64,000 bases of DNA from an uncultured virus (IMG/VR IMGVR_UViG_3300036712_000025). Taxonomy: Duplodnaviria; Heunggongvirae; Uroviricota; Caudoviricetes. Shown piece after piece: positions 28,723 to 39,300 of the stretch (positions within the stretch are counted from its first letter, which is position 1; every line of letters begins with the position of its first letter). The stretch lies in IMG/VR virus record IMGVR_UViG_3300036712_000025; one strand, 5' to 3'. The position numbers and the translations under genes were made by a program. A model generated the notes under the pieces. The model ran no database searches. It saw nothing but the letters and a program-made list of their open reading frames with translations, and was not told the origin of the DNA.

Positions 28723-29394
28723 ATGCAGGGCTTCTTCAAAGCAGTGGTTCACGATGCCTCCCACTTGGGAAAGACCCCGGAGGAGAAGGACCGCCCCTTC
28801 CTCGAGGCCATGAAGGCGGGGAAGATCATGGAGTTCTTGGACTCTCTGCCTGTGGTGCAGCAAGCCGATACGCCGAATCAGATCTTCCACACGATGCCGG
28901 CGTATCTCGGCTGGGCGATCTTCGGTATGCCCGATGCTTGGTCTGGTTGGAGTGGCGGTACAAATGCAGGGCTGGCCGCCATGGAGCTGTGTACGGTGGC
29001 CACAGAACCCACATACACGGAGTGGAGCAATGTCTACCCCGTGTACAGGACGGACTTCGACGGGGACTCAGTTAACGCCACCTATACGCTCTGGAAGAGG
29101 TTCATCGAAGACCAATCCGAGCCGCACCGGATCTGGGTCGATGCTGGTGGTCGCGAAGGCTACTACTTTCGGGACAGGTTCTTGTGGCTGCCCAGCAATG
29201 GGCTCATGCCCAATATCCGCAGCGCGAGGCCGCTCTACGATCAGGATGCGGACATTACCGTTCCTGCCTACAACAAGCTGAGCCGGTTTGCGCGCACGCG
29301 GTTCAAGGATTCTGGCGGCAACCCGATCACGCTGGAGAAAACAGCCGATCAGTCGTTCCTCATCGAGTACATCCTGAAGCTCTTCTCTCGGTAG
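28723..29394 (+). CDS. Hypothetical virion protein
   Basis: AGGAGG RBS; C-terminal PITLEKTADQSFLIEYIL resembles tail-fiber-attachment-type endings. Confidence 0.75.
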   Translation: MQGFFKAVVHDASHLGKTPEEKDRPFLEAMKAGKIMEFLDSLPVVQQADTPNQIFHTMPAYLGWAIFGMPDAWSGWSGGTNAGLAAMELCTVATEPTYTEWSNVYPVYRTDFDGDSVNATYTLWKRFIEDQSEPHRIWVDAGGREGYYFRDRFLWLPSNGLMPNIRSARPLYDQDADITVPAYNKLSRFARTRFKDSGGNPITLEKTADQSFLIEYILKLFSR

Positions 29395-29403
29395 GAGGCC
29401 CTG

Positions 29404-29649
29404 ATGAAATGGTTTTACCCGGTCACGCAAGCGAACGGGCGAAAGTGTGGCGCTGGTCCGTTCGATAGCGAGTCCGCTGCCAACGCGGACAAGGCAGTGC
29501 GGGCGGAGGCCTATCCCACGGAGGTTATGGGGGATGCTTTCGAGGAGGAAGACGACTACACGTTCCCGGAGTCGATCGTAGATGTGGGGCGCGGGGACGG
29601 CTCTCGGTATCTTGTCTACGCGGATGGAAGCACCTCGGAACTGACGTAG
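29404..29649 (+). CDS. Hypothetical protein
   Basis: AGGAGG RBS; 81 aa. Confidence 0.75.
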   Translation: MKWFYPVTQANGRKCGAGPFDSESAANADKAVRAEAYPTEVMGDAFEEEDDYTFPESIVDVGRGDGSRYLVYADGSTSELT

Positions 29650-29650
29650 T

Positions 29651-32044
29651 ATGCCGTCTGTCCGCAAGACCTACGGGATCACGAAGTACCTGCCGGTCAC
29701 GAAGCCTTCCGGGGTGACGGCAGATCCACTCTTCGCGTTCCACTTCAAGCCGGACGGTGACTACCTGACAGACCGTACCGGTAACGCCCGCGATGCGTCG
29801 GTCGTCACGGGAGCGTTCGAGTTCCAGCAAGATCCCGAGACGGGGCTGTACGGCATCAACTTCGGTTCTGGTGACCATGAGCTCATCCTGCCGGCGGAGG
29901 AGGCACTCCGCGTGGCCAAGGATGATGCCGGCGGCGGGGATGCTTCGCTGACGCTCGAGGCGCTCGTCAGGCAGGAACTCAACGTTTCTGGGATCATCCT
30001 CGGATGTGACGCTGGTGGTGAGAGCCCCCAGACCAACTACCTCTGGCAGCTTGGTCCCGTATGGAACAACGCCGGGGTGTGGCAGTACTACTCGTTCACC
30101 GAATACGGCAATGGCACCAATAACCCGGTGTCCTCTACCGCTCCGGCAGCCTTCGACACGTTGATCTACCTCGTCCTCACGATCAGCTCAGATGGGCTGA
30201 CCTGGACGTACTACGTCAACGCGGTCAACGTCGGGAACTATGTGCTGACCAACCCGGCACAAAAGAACGATTCTGGTGGCAACGCACAACGTGTTCGAGT
30301 TGGCAGACAGGAGAGTGGTTCCGTCGACTTCAAAGGCCTACTCTGTTCTCTTCGCATGACAGCGGAGGTCTTCGACCAGGCCGACGTGACCGAGACTTGG
30401 AACGCCCTCCAGGGGGAGATCGGCACGTTCTACGGCGACGCGGACGTGGTCCAGGTACAGGATGGGACGGCCTTCCCAGACCAGGCCGGTCCGAGGGTCT
30501 ATCAGAGCGGGCTGTCCGGACCTCAGCGGATGCCGGGACCAGCTACCCAGCAGTCCGGGTCACAGGGTCCCTTCGATGATGTGGATGTGTTCGACGAAGC
30601 TGGTCCAGCTATCCAGCTGGGAGATTCCTACGGCAACTCGCCAGGCGAGGGGGTTCACATCCCGGCCGTCGCCGGAACCGAACACAGCGTAGACGTGTTC
30701 GATGAGGCCAGCCACTTCCTCAGCGTGCTGACCGACTATCGCCGGGACACCAATGACTTCAACGGTCACCCACACTTCATTGGTGAGCGGGTTCTGCTGG
30801 GCTTCGTCTACGACGCTGCGGCCGAGGCGGGCCCATGGACCAACCCTACGGACCCCTCCTTCAGCGGCTACGGCAAGGATGGGCACTTCTACCTGAGCGG
30901 TGTGGACCAGGGCAGCTTCGCCCCCTGGTACAGCGAGACCGAGAGTGACGACAGAGGTCCAGATCAAGCATTCCCGGACAAGGTGTTGATCTGCTACACG
31001 GTAGATGGGGTAAGCGAGACACCCAAGGAGGTGGTGATCTTCAACCTGGACAACTTCCCCACCACGCTCGACGTGTGGATGCGGTTCAGGTTCGGGAGCA
31101 GTGGTGGCAACTACACCATGATGGGGAGGGTCAACCAGAAGGTGAATGACCTGGCGATGGCCAACGGCATCTTGTCTGTGGTCACAAGGGAGGGCGACTA
31201 CCGGGGGGCACTGCATCTGATCAATTTCACCCAAACGGGGAAGGACTGTGGGCATTACATACGCTCCGACAACCACCTGATATGGCAACCAGCCACGGAG
31301 ATCGCCGGGAGAAACCTGACCGGATCGTCGCAGTGGACCACCTCTGGGGTCACTGTCTCTCTCCGAACAGACGAGGAGTACATCTACTCGGTCGACATGT
31401 GGGCAGAGGGCGCTGTGACCTGGGTGGTCATCGCGGGGGAAGATCCCGGCCCGAACCTCTACAGGATCGCCGACTATCCTGATTGGCGTGTCACCCCGAC
31501 TGGAGAGGTTGGGGACGGCAACATAGGAGACGCCAGGAGAGTGGCCTTTGACGAGGATGGCCACTGGTGGATCGCAATCCAGAACAAGATCTTCCGCGTG
31601 CCGACAGTCGACTGGAAGGACGGGTATGCCTACCTGGACACCAGCGTGCCGGCCCGCCGTAGGGCTGGTGCCCCGGAGTGGCTCGAGCTGCCCCACAACG
31701 TGACCCAACTGGTCCCCCTCGCGAACTACATCTTCGTGGGGACCGAGGCGGGGGTCTACCGGGTTCACCGGGGAACGCTGGACTATGCCCTGGCCTATAC
31801 CATCGAGGGTGGTGGGGGAGGAGGAAACAACGACACGCCGCCGAACGGGGAGGTGATCGCCGGTGGGACTCCGGAGATCATGAGCTTGTGGGGAGAGGCG
31901 CTGCACTCCTCGCACTACCTGTACGTCGCCACCCGGAGGGGAGCGACGGTCATCCGGCTCATGGATGACAAGCCGGTGGGTGCGTTCGAGTTCAACGTCC
32001 TGCACGAGCCGAGTGCCCACTTCAACGTGCCGACGATCGACTGA
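29651..32044 (+). CDS. LamG/ConA-like domain virion protein with propeller-like C-terminus
   Basis: LTDRTGNARD, SLTLEALVR, YLVLT...YYVNA...VRVG...FKGLLCSLRM; paralog of 32053..34905. Confidence 0.75.
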   Translation: MPSVRKTYGITKYLPVTKPSGVTADPLFAFHFKPDGDYLTDRTGNARDASVVTGAFEFQQDPETGLYGINFGSGDHELILPAEEALRVAKDDAGGGDASLTLEALVRQELNVSGIILGCDAGGESPQTNYLWQLGPVWNNAGVWQYYSFTEYGNGTNNPVSSTAPAAFDTLIYLVLTISSDGLTWTYYVNAVNVGNYVLTNPAQKNDSGGNAQRVRVGRQESGSVDFKGLLCSLRMTAEVFDQADVTETWNALQGEIGTFYGDADVVQVQDGTAFPDQAGPRVYQSGLSGPQRMPGPATQQSGSQGPFDDVDVFDEAGPAIQLGDSYGNSPGEGVHIPAVAGTEHSVDVFDEASHFLSVLTDYRRDTNDFNGHPHFIGERVLLGFVYDAAAEAGPWTNPTDPSFSGYGKDGHFYLSGVDQGSFAPWYSETESDDRGPDQAFPDKVLICYTVDGVSETPKEVVIFNLDNFPTTLDVWMRFRFGSSGGNYTMMGRVNQKVNDLAMANGILSVVTREGDYRGALHLINFTQTGKDCGHYIRSDNHLIWQPATEIAGRNLTGSSQWTTSGVTVSLRTDEEYIYSVDMWAEGAVTWVVIAGEDPGPNLYRIADYPDWRVTPTGEVGDGNIGDARRVAFDEDGHWWIAIQNKIFRVPTVDWKDGYAYLDTSVPARRRAGAPEWLELPHNVTQLVPLANYIFVGTEAGVYRVHRGTLDYALAYTIEGGGGGGNNDTPPNGEVIAGGTPEIMSLWGEALHSSHYLYVATRRGATVIRLMDDKPVGAFEFNVLHEPSAHFNVPTID

Positions 32045-32052
32045 GGTGAAGC

Positions 32053-34905
32053 GTGGCAGGCTGGGACACTAGATTCTTCGACGATTTCGACGATAACTCG
32101 ATCGGAATCCAGCAGGACGCCCAGAACGGTACGATCACCGAGCCAGTGGGCACGGAGCTGGTACTTTCTGGATCGGCCGGCACGATGTGTCGCTGGGACA
32201 GTGCGGGCCGCGACCGCCCCTGCGGCTACGAGGAGATCTCCACCCACGAGGCGCCGGGTGGGGGGCTGCTGCGTTTTGAGGACAAGGTCTCATCCTTCAC
32301 CAAGACTGGCGTCGAGGTCATTGCTGGTCTCTGCCTCTGGGGACCGACCAGTGAAGATGCCTATCTGGTTGGTTGGTATGACAGCAACGACAACGTCTAC
32401 CTCCAGCGTCTACTGGGAGGGACTGACTGGGTCACCAGGTGGAATGGTGGAAGCTACGGCAACCCGAACAGTACCCCACACATCTACCGGATATACGTCA
32501 ACCGGACGAGCCGGGAGGTGTTCATTCCAGAGTACAACCAGTGGTTAGATCCATACGCCCTGGCGTTCCAGTTCAGTGCGAACAATGGATCTAGCTGGGT
32601 GTGGGCATACGAGGAGGCCCTGGCCTTCATCCCGACGCGCTTCGGGGTCTACTCCCGCAACTGGTCGACTGGAGGCTACCGCGGCTTCGACGTTGGGTTC
32701 GACTACCTGAAGTTCGAGCAGGATGCTGATCCCAACACCTACCTTGGAGACCAGGAGGAGGGCACCGGGACGCAGGACTCGGTGCAGACCCATGATGAGA
32801 TGGACCTGCCTGGTGCGGGTGGGCCGAAGGGGCACGGAGATCAGATCTCCAAGGGACAGCGGGTGCCCGGACCGAGTCACCAAACGACCGGTTCTCAGGG
32901 GCCGTTCGATGAGGTCCAGGTCCAGGAAGAGGCGTCCCGCCTTTCTCCCGGCGGTGAGGCTTACGGTGTCGAGGATGGGCAGGGGGAATCTGCTCCTGCA
33001 GAGCTGGTGCAGATTGATGAATCTCTGCTGGGACAGGTGGTGGACGCGGACTTCTTGCAGGAGAAGGATGACAGCGACGGAAAGGAGCTGTTGAGTGCTG
33101 GTGACGTCCGCACCATCGCCGTGGCAGAGATGGACGAGGGTGGGTTTGGCAACCCGGTAGCCAACTTGATCTACGGCTACGGACAGGACGGCTTGTTCTA
33201 CAACAGCGGGGTGGTCGTCTCCTCCGGTCCATTCTCCGATGCCTCGAATATCCTGGCCCGTCATTGGCAAGATCGAAGTGTGGAGCCCGAGAGGTACGCG
33301 GGGATCGTGGGGAACATCATCGTCTTCGGGGCGGACAACATCCGCTTCTCTGGCACAAACACTGGCGGCGCAGTCTGGGACAGTTTCGCGTTCCTCAACT
33401 CCCATAGATGGTTCCTCACTGGTGACTTCGAGGTGACGCTCGACTGCACCAACTTCATCAAGAGCACGGGATCACCGACGCAGCTAGAGTTCCGCTTCAG
33501 TGCCAGAGCTTGGCACGGTACCGACAAGGATGCGCTGCGGTGCATCACCGTCATCCGCGACTCGGGTTCTCGTAACTGGCGTAGGGACACGATCGTCAAT
33601 GGTGGGGGCGCGTCGAACGTCTGGGAATCCTCCGGTGGGGTACCCACCGGTGCTTACAGCCTGAAGATCAAGCGCACGGGTACGACAGTTGAGTGCCTCT
33701 ACGATTCCGGCGGAGGTTGGACCTCCATGGGTGGGTCTTTCAGTGGCAGTTCCAGCATTGGGACGGACCCCGTGTACTTCGAGTTCGAGCTGGCCGGGTA
33801 CCAGACGGGCTGCAATGGGCAGATCGATCTCAGCAACTTCACCATCGTCTCCGGCTCGGAGAGTGCCCGCGCATCGTGGTACCGCGAGGCTAGTGGGGCC
33901 GACCGTGGGACGCAGGTCACTGCCCCAGACGATGCTCTGATCGTCGCTCCGGACGGGTCGATGGAGATCTTGGACACAGCGCAGACCAAGATGTGGATGC
34001 GTTTCTTGCAGGCCACGAGCTACATGTTCGGAACCACCAGGATCCGTCGCGTGCGTTGGAAGAAGGCCGGGTGGATCTTGACGGCTCAGGGCTCAGTGGG
34101 TGGATCCAACGGCAGCCTGAAGCTTGTCAGCCTGACTGGTGATGCGCGAACGCAGATCAACACATCCGGCAGGGAGGATTTCAAGGGCTTCATCGAGAGT
34201 AGGAACAGTGCGCGTGGGGAGTGGGCCGCGGTAGCTGACGTCGCGCTCCCCAGCAGTTCCGTCCTCGACTGTGACGCTTTCATGCCGGATGCCCTGCAGG
34301 TAGGAGACGAGGTCTTTTTGGCAGCAGCCACGAGCGCCGGCATGGCGATGATCAAATTGGAGGCGTACCACAGTCAGGTAGCCTGGGAGTACTCCCTCAG
34401 TTCAGAGACGACTGAGATGCACTGGTGCGCCCTGGACCCGGTCTCTGGCGAGCTGTTCTACATGGACACCGACAAGATGTACTCCCGGGACAAGACAGGC
34501 GGAGGGCAGGGGTGGGAAGACTGGATGACCGGTGGTTCATGGACCAAGGAGTACGAGAAGAGCCTGCCGGGCACGCGCGCTTTCGAGTTCCAGTACCGCG
34601 CCGAGAGGTACTCCAGCTTCCTCTTCATGCCGGCGAACGAGGGGATCTACCGGGTGAACTGGCCGTCTGGTTCTTGGGAGTTGTTCTACGGCAAGACGGG
34701 GTCCGGGGCCACGCATGAGATCTTGCCGGACTACAAGTTGATCACGTCGATCACGTTCGGCAATGATGGAACGAACAATTTGCTCATCGCTGCCCTGGAG
34801 CAGGAGCGGCGCGGCCAGATCGTAGCCATCAAGTTGGCGGATGATTCGATCTACTCCAAGTCGGAGATTGTTGATCTGAAAGTACCTTCGGTGATTGCAG
34901 CGTAA
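32053..34905 (+). CDS. Virion protein with lectin-like domains, paralog of 29651..32044
   Basis: GAGGT RBS and GTG start; FFDDFDD, LTGDFEV...LKIKRTGT; shared GSQGPFD block. Confidence 0.75.
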   Translation: MAGWDTRFFDDFDDNSIGIQQDAQNGTITEPVGTELVLSGSAGTMCRWDSAGRDRPCGYEEISTHEAPGGGLLRFEDKVSSFTKTGVEVIAGLCLWGPTSEDAYLVGWYDSNDNVYLQRLLGGTDWVTRWNGGSYGNPNSTPHIYRIYVNRTSREVFIPEYNQWLDPYALAFQFSANNGSSWVWAYEEALAFIPTRFGVYSRNWSTGGYRGFDVGFDYLKFEQDADPNTYLGDQEEGTGTQDSVQTHDEMDLPGAGGPKGHGDQISKGQRVPGPSHQTTGSQGPFDEVQVQEEASRLSPGGEAYGVEDGQGESAPAELVQIDESLLGQVVDADFLQEKDDSDGKELLSAGDVRTIAVAEMDEGGFGNPVANLIYGYGQDGLFYNSGVVVSSGPFSDASNILARHWQDRSVEPERYAGIVGNIIVFGADNIRFSGTNTGGAVWDSFAFLNSHRWFLTGDFEVTLDCTNFIKSTGSPTQLEFRFSARAWHGTDKDALRCITVIRDSGSRNWRRDTIVNGGGASNVWESSGGVPTGAYSLKIKRTGTTVECLYDSGGGWTSMGGSFSGSSSIGTDPVYFEFELAGYQTGCNGQIDLSNFTIVSGSESARASWYREASGADRGTQVTAPDDALIVAPDGSMEILDTAQTKMWMRFLQATSYMFGTTRIRRVRWKKAGWILTAQGSVGGSNGSLKLVSLTGDARTQINTSGREDFKGFIESRNSARGEWAAVADVALPSSSVLDCDAFMPDALQVGDEVFLAAATSAGMAMIKLEAYHSQVAWEYSLSSETTEMHWCALDPVSGELFYMDTDKMYSRDKTGGGQGWEDWMTGGSWTKEYEKSLPGTRAFEFQYRAERYSSFLFMPANEGIYRVNWPSGSWELFYGKTGSGATHEILPDYKLITSITFGNDGTNNLLIAALEQERRGQIVAIKLADDSIYSKSEIVDLKVPSVIAA

Positions 34906-36392
34906 TGGCGAGCGTAGACACATACCTGGGATTCCAGTGGGGAGTGGACAAGATCACTCTCACGGATGGTGACGGCGACGACCAGCCGCAGCTCCTCAGC
35001 GCGGTGCCGCAGGACTCCAACACCATCCGGATGTCCTTCGACATCGACATGATGTTCCTGGACAACCCCGGCTCCGTCCTGCGGCCGGACAACTGGTCCG
35101 TCTCGGAGCAGATCTCCGGTGACCCGCTCCCCATCTACTGGGTCTCGAAGGTTTCGAATACGGTCGTGGACGTCCACACCTCCAACATGAAGGGCGTGGA
35201 TTATGACGTGGTGACCACGGCCAATTCGGCGTGGGACCAGCCGATCGATCCGGCCAACGATGATGCGACGTTCAGCGGCATCGCCGAGACCTACCCGACC
35301 TTCATCTCGATGCGGACCTTCTTCGGTCTCGACCACGGCATGCAGGGTGAGCGCATCGACGTCAGTGCCCCCTACCTAGCGAACCAAGATCCGGCACCGC
35401 TGGAGACGGTGGTGGACAAGGACGTGGAGCTCGAGTTCGACCTACTGGACGCGGAGGACGCGATCGTCCTCACCTCCGTGCAGATCTGGATCGAGGGGGT
35501 TCTGGCCTACGACGGTTCCACCGACACGTTCCAGGCCCCGTACAACGGGACCAACTCGGCCCGGACGGCGATCATCAACGGGCACCACTTCGTGTTCGAG
35601 AAGACCTCGGACTACACCTCCTACAAGAACATCTCCGTGCGGGTCTACGCCGAGGACAACGCCGGTCCTCCACCATTCGTGCTGGACGAGACCTACACGT
35701 TCCGGATCGAGGACTACGTGAACCCGGTCGTTGATACCGAGTCCCCGACTGGGATCGACATCAACGAGCAGGCGTTGGTGTCCTTCTCCTGCAAGGACGT
35801 GGGTGGCTCCGGCGTGGTGCAGGCGACCATCCAGGTGACGATGGATGCACTGCCGGCCATCGTGAACGGGATCTTTCAGACGGGGTACGACGGTCCATCC
35901 AGTTCGATCACTGCCAACGGCTTCAACGGCTACGATGTGGTCATCGACCGAATAGCGGACCATCCCAGCACGCAGTCTGTTGGCGTGGACGTGTCCTGCC
36001 AGGACGCAGAAGGGAACACCGGCACCCTGAACTGGTCGTTCACTGTGCGGGACTGGGAAGGGCCACTGGTCACCCCGGTCGACCCGCTTAGCGGTGAGAC
36101 CAACGTGGACATCCTCGACAACATCGAGCTGACGATCCAGGACGACACCTCTGTTGACCTGACCACGGTGCAGGTGGAGATAGACCCAGGTACTGGCTAT
36201 GAGCTAGCCTTCAAGTATAGTGATGTTCCGCAGTTCAAGCCTGGGTGGAACGGCCCCGGCTCGAGCGTGAGTACGGTGGCCGGCGTGACGACGATCATCA
36301 TCGACAATGAGACCCAGTTCGATGTGGGCACCACGGTGAGGGTCCGCGTCACGGCCAAAGATCCCTACGGGAACCCGGCGAGGCTGAGCTAG
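34905..36392 (+). CDS. Virion protein with tandem Ig-like repeats
   Basis: Three related units (FQAPYNGTNS / FQTGYDGPSS / FKPGWNGPGS). Confidence 0.75.
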   Translation: MASVDTYLGFQWGVDKITLTDGDGDDQPQLLSAVPQDSNTIRMSFDIDMMFLDNPGSVLRPDNWSVSEQISGDPLPIYWVSKVSNTVVDVHTSNMKGVDYDVVTTANSAWDQPIDPANDDATFSGIAETYPTFISMRTFFGLDHGMQGERIDVSAPYLANQDPAPLETVVDKDVELEFDLLDAEDAIVLTSVQIWIEGVLAYDGSTDTFQAPYNGTNSARTAIINGHHFVFEKTSDYTSYKNISVRVYAEDNAGPPPFVLDETYTFRIEDYVNPVVDTESPTGIDINEQALVSFSCKDVGGSGVVQATIQVTMDALPAIVNGIFQTGYDGPSSSITANGFNGYDVVIDRIADHPSTQSVGVDVSCQDAEGNTGTLNWSFTVRDWEGPLVTPVDPLSGETNVDILDNIELTIQDDTSVDLTTVQVEIDPGTGYELAFKYSDVPQFKPGWNGPGSSVSTVAGVTTIIIDNETQFDVGTTVRVRVTAKDPYGNPARLS

Positions 36393-39300
36393 ATGCCAGT
36401 CACCTATTCATTCGTCACCACGCTGAACCTGCCGACAGGTACGGATTTCGACTGCATGGACTGCCGGGATGCCTGCATCCCCAACGTCCTGCTGCTCGAT
36501 GAGGTGACGGCCAGTCGTGGCGTCCCGCACTTCGACTTCGACGCCTATGATGACCTGGTCATCTACAGCGATGATGGTGTGCCCAGCACGCTGCTGTTCG
36601 ATCTCGCCCTGCAGTCGGACCACACGTTCGAGACGCAGTTCAAGCCTAGCTCGCTGCCGGAGGACCTGGCCCAGCTCGACAAGTACCGCTTCTTCATCGG
36701 CACCTTCGACAAGCAGGACAACGCCAGTGGGATCTTGATCTCCAGGACGGGGATCGCCCTGATGGCGGTGTTCGGCACCAGCGCCTTGGTCCTGCCGGGT
36801 AGCCAGGACATCTTCGAGGAAGGGGAGGACTACTACACCCTCCGCCTGGTGGTGGAAGGGACTCGCAATCTGCTGCACGTCTACATCACCAAGACGGACG
36901 ACCTCCCCACCACAGGGCACATCCTCCGCTACACCTCTGCCGCGCCGGTCCCGCCGGAAGGCACGACGGTGGACTCCATCAAGATCGAGATCTTGGGGAA
37001 CGCGCTCAAGACCGTCCGGGGCAAGTTCACCTCGTTCCGGGCGGCTTGCACTTCGGCGCTCATCCCCAATCGCCGGCCCATCGCCGACCCCGGGGCTGAC
37101 CAGACGGCCAACGTGGGCTCGGCCGTGACGCACGACGGTCGGAACAGCTACGACCCGGAGGAGGCTCCGCTGACCTACGACTGGGCGCTCAAGGACGCGC
37201 CGGACGGGTCGCGCTTCAAGTCCTCGGGCACCAGCGGTTCTACCTCGGACGATGGTGACGCTGACGGATTCACCACGATCTTCAACGGTGGCACCGACGC
37301 CTTCAGCGTGGACAACATGCCCCTACTCCAGCCTGGGGACCACCTGATGGTGGAGGGTGTTCTCTACAAGGTGTCCACCGACCGCTGGGTACTGGACACT
37401 GCGACCGGCCGCTACAGCAGGAACGAGGGCGTCACCTGGGACGATGACGAGGTCGTGGTCGAAGAGGAGACCATCCCCGACAACTACTCCGACGTGACCT
37501 GGGACGTGTACCACTCGGACACGTACTTCAGCGATCGGGCCGGCAGCTTCCCGTCCGCCATCCCGGACAAGGCGGGGCTCTACGTGGTCCAGCTGGTGGT
37601 CAACGACGGCGAGCTGGACAGCTTCGCAGCCGAGGCCATCCTGAACGTGTCCCAGGTCTCCACAGCCATGGGCTGCATCCCAGACGTCTCGTGGATCTGG
37701 AACTCTCTCTCCGACTTCTGGAACCTCCTGGAGGACCGGGAGATCGTCGAGACGGTGTGGTCTGGATTCGCCCAGGCGTGCGCCGCCCAGCTCCTGACAG
37801 CCTGGCAGATCGACTACAACAAGAGTCTCATCGACATCCAGCGCGTCTTCCAGCGCCGGTGGCTGAGCTACTCCACGCTCCTGGACCAGGAGGACTTGGA
37901 CACAGCTACGATCAGGGTCATCCGTGGCCCGATCTTCAGTGACGACATCGCCGGAGGAGCCAACATCACCGGCAAGTCGCTACAGCTGGTCTTGGACAAT
38001 GGCAACGTGGAGGAGGTCACCTTCCCTAGCTCGTCCTTCACCGACCCGGTGCCGGCTTCCGACATCGCCGGCCGTATCAACTCGGTGATGGGCTTCGTCG
38101 GGGCCGTGGTTCCTCTGGCCAGTGCGGTGACGGTGGGGGCTGCCGAGTACCTGAAGCTCGAGTACGCCACCCTCCTGCAGATCCGGCCCAACGGGACGGC
38201 CAACACGGTCCTGGGCTTCTCCACCGCCGCGTACGAGCAGAACGACCTGGCTGGAGCCGACGGCGGGATCATCGAGGTCACCAAGGTCAACGCCTTCACC
38301 ACCATCGACGTGTCTACCCCGGCAGGTCCCCACGATCCCCCGGCTCTGGACCTGGAGAGTGAAGGCATCCAGATGGATGACCTGTTGGTCTGGGACGGTG
38401 AGAGCTACCGGATCCAGAAGGTCGCCACGGACACGGCTACCAGTACGAAGCGTGGGTTGAGCATGAAGGACCCGCTGCCCGACAGCGGATCGGCCTCCCC
38501 ACCTCCCTATCCGGACGCGAACCCTTGGTTGATCCCCTCCATCGTGGTCTCGGAGGACCTCGACTTCGAGGAGGAGCAGGTCACCGGCGGTGACCTGGCC
38601 CGCTTCGAGGTGAAGCATACGACGACCTTGGTGGTCACAGAAGTCCTCTGTGAGATCGTGGGCGTGAGGGGATATCACATCGGCTTCGACCCGGCTCCCC
38701 TGTTGAGAGCGTACGCCGGCACTCCAGGCGATTACCGGACCTACTTCCTGGGCGTGAAGCGGATCAACAACATCCCGGTCGACGACCTGGTGGTGGAGAT
38801 CCCACGTCTGCAGGAGGTGATCAAGAACCCGACGACCACGCTGGAGGAGAACACCGACTACTTGATCAACGAGGACTCCGAGGAGAGGAACGCAATCCGG
38901 TTCCGGGACGGCACGTTCAGCCTGACCGATCCCCCTCCGGACCTGCTCTGGGCGGAGGTCACCTACCTGGACAACAGGCCCACCATCGAGGCCAACTTCG
39001 GCCACCTGGTGAACTTCAAGGTCGAGGACCTGGATACCAGGACGGATGACCTGGACTACCTGTCAGCCGTGCGTGGCCTGTGGTGGGCCTACTTCGGCGG
39101 CCCTGCTCTCCAGAAGGTCAAGGTCGGGACGCAGATCTTGCTGGGGCTGCCCTTCTCGGAGGCCGAGGGGACGATCCTCTCCATCGAGCCGAACTTCTCG
39201 GCCACGGAGGGGCGCATCGTCATCCAGGATCTGGCGGACGAGAACATCGTGCGGACCTACTTCTACCCTCTGGATGCGGGGTTGGCGGTCAACGACGAGA

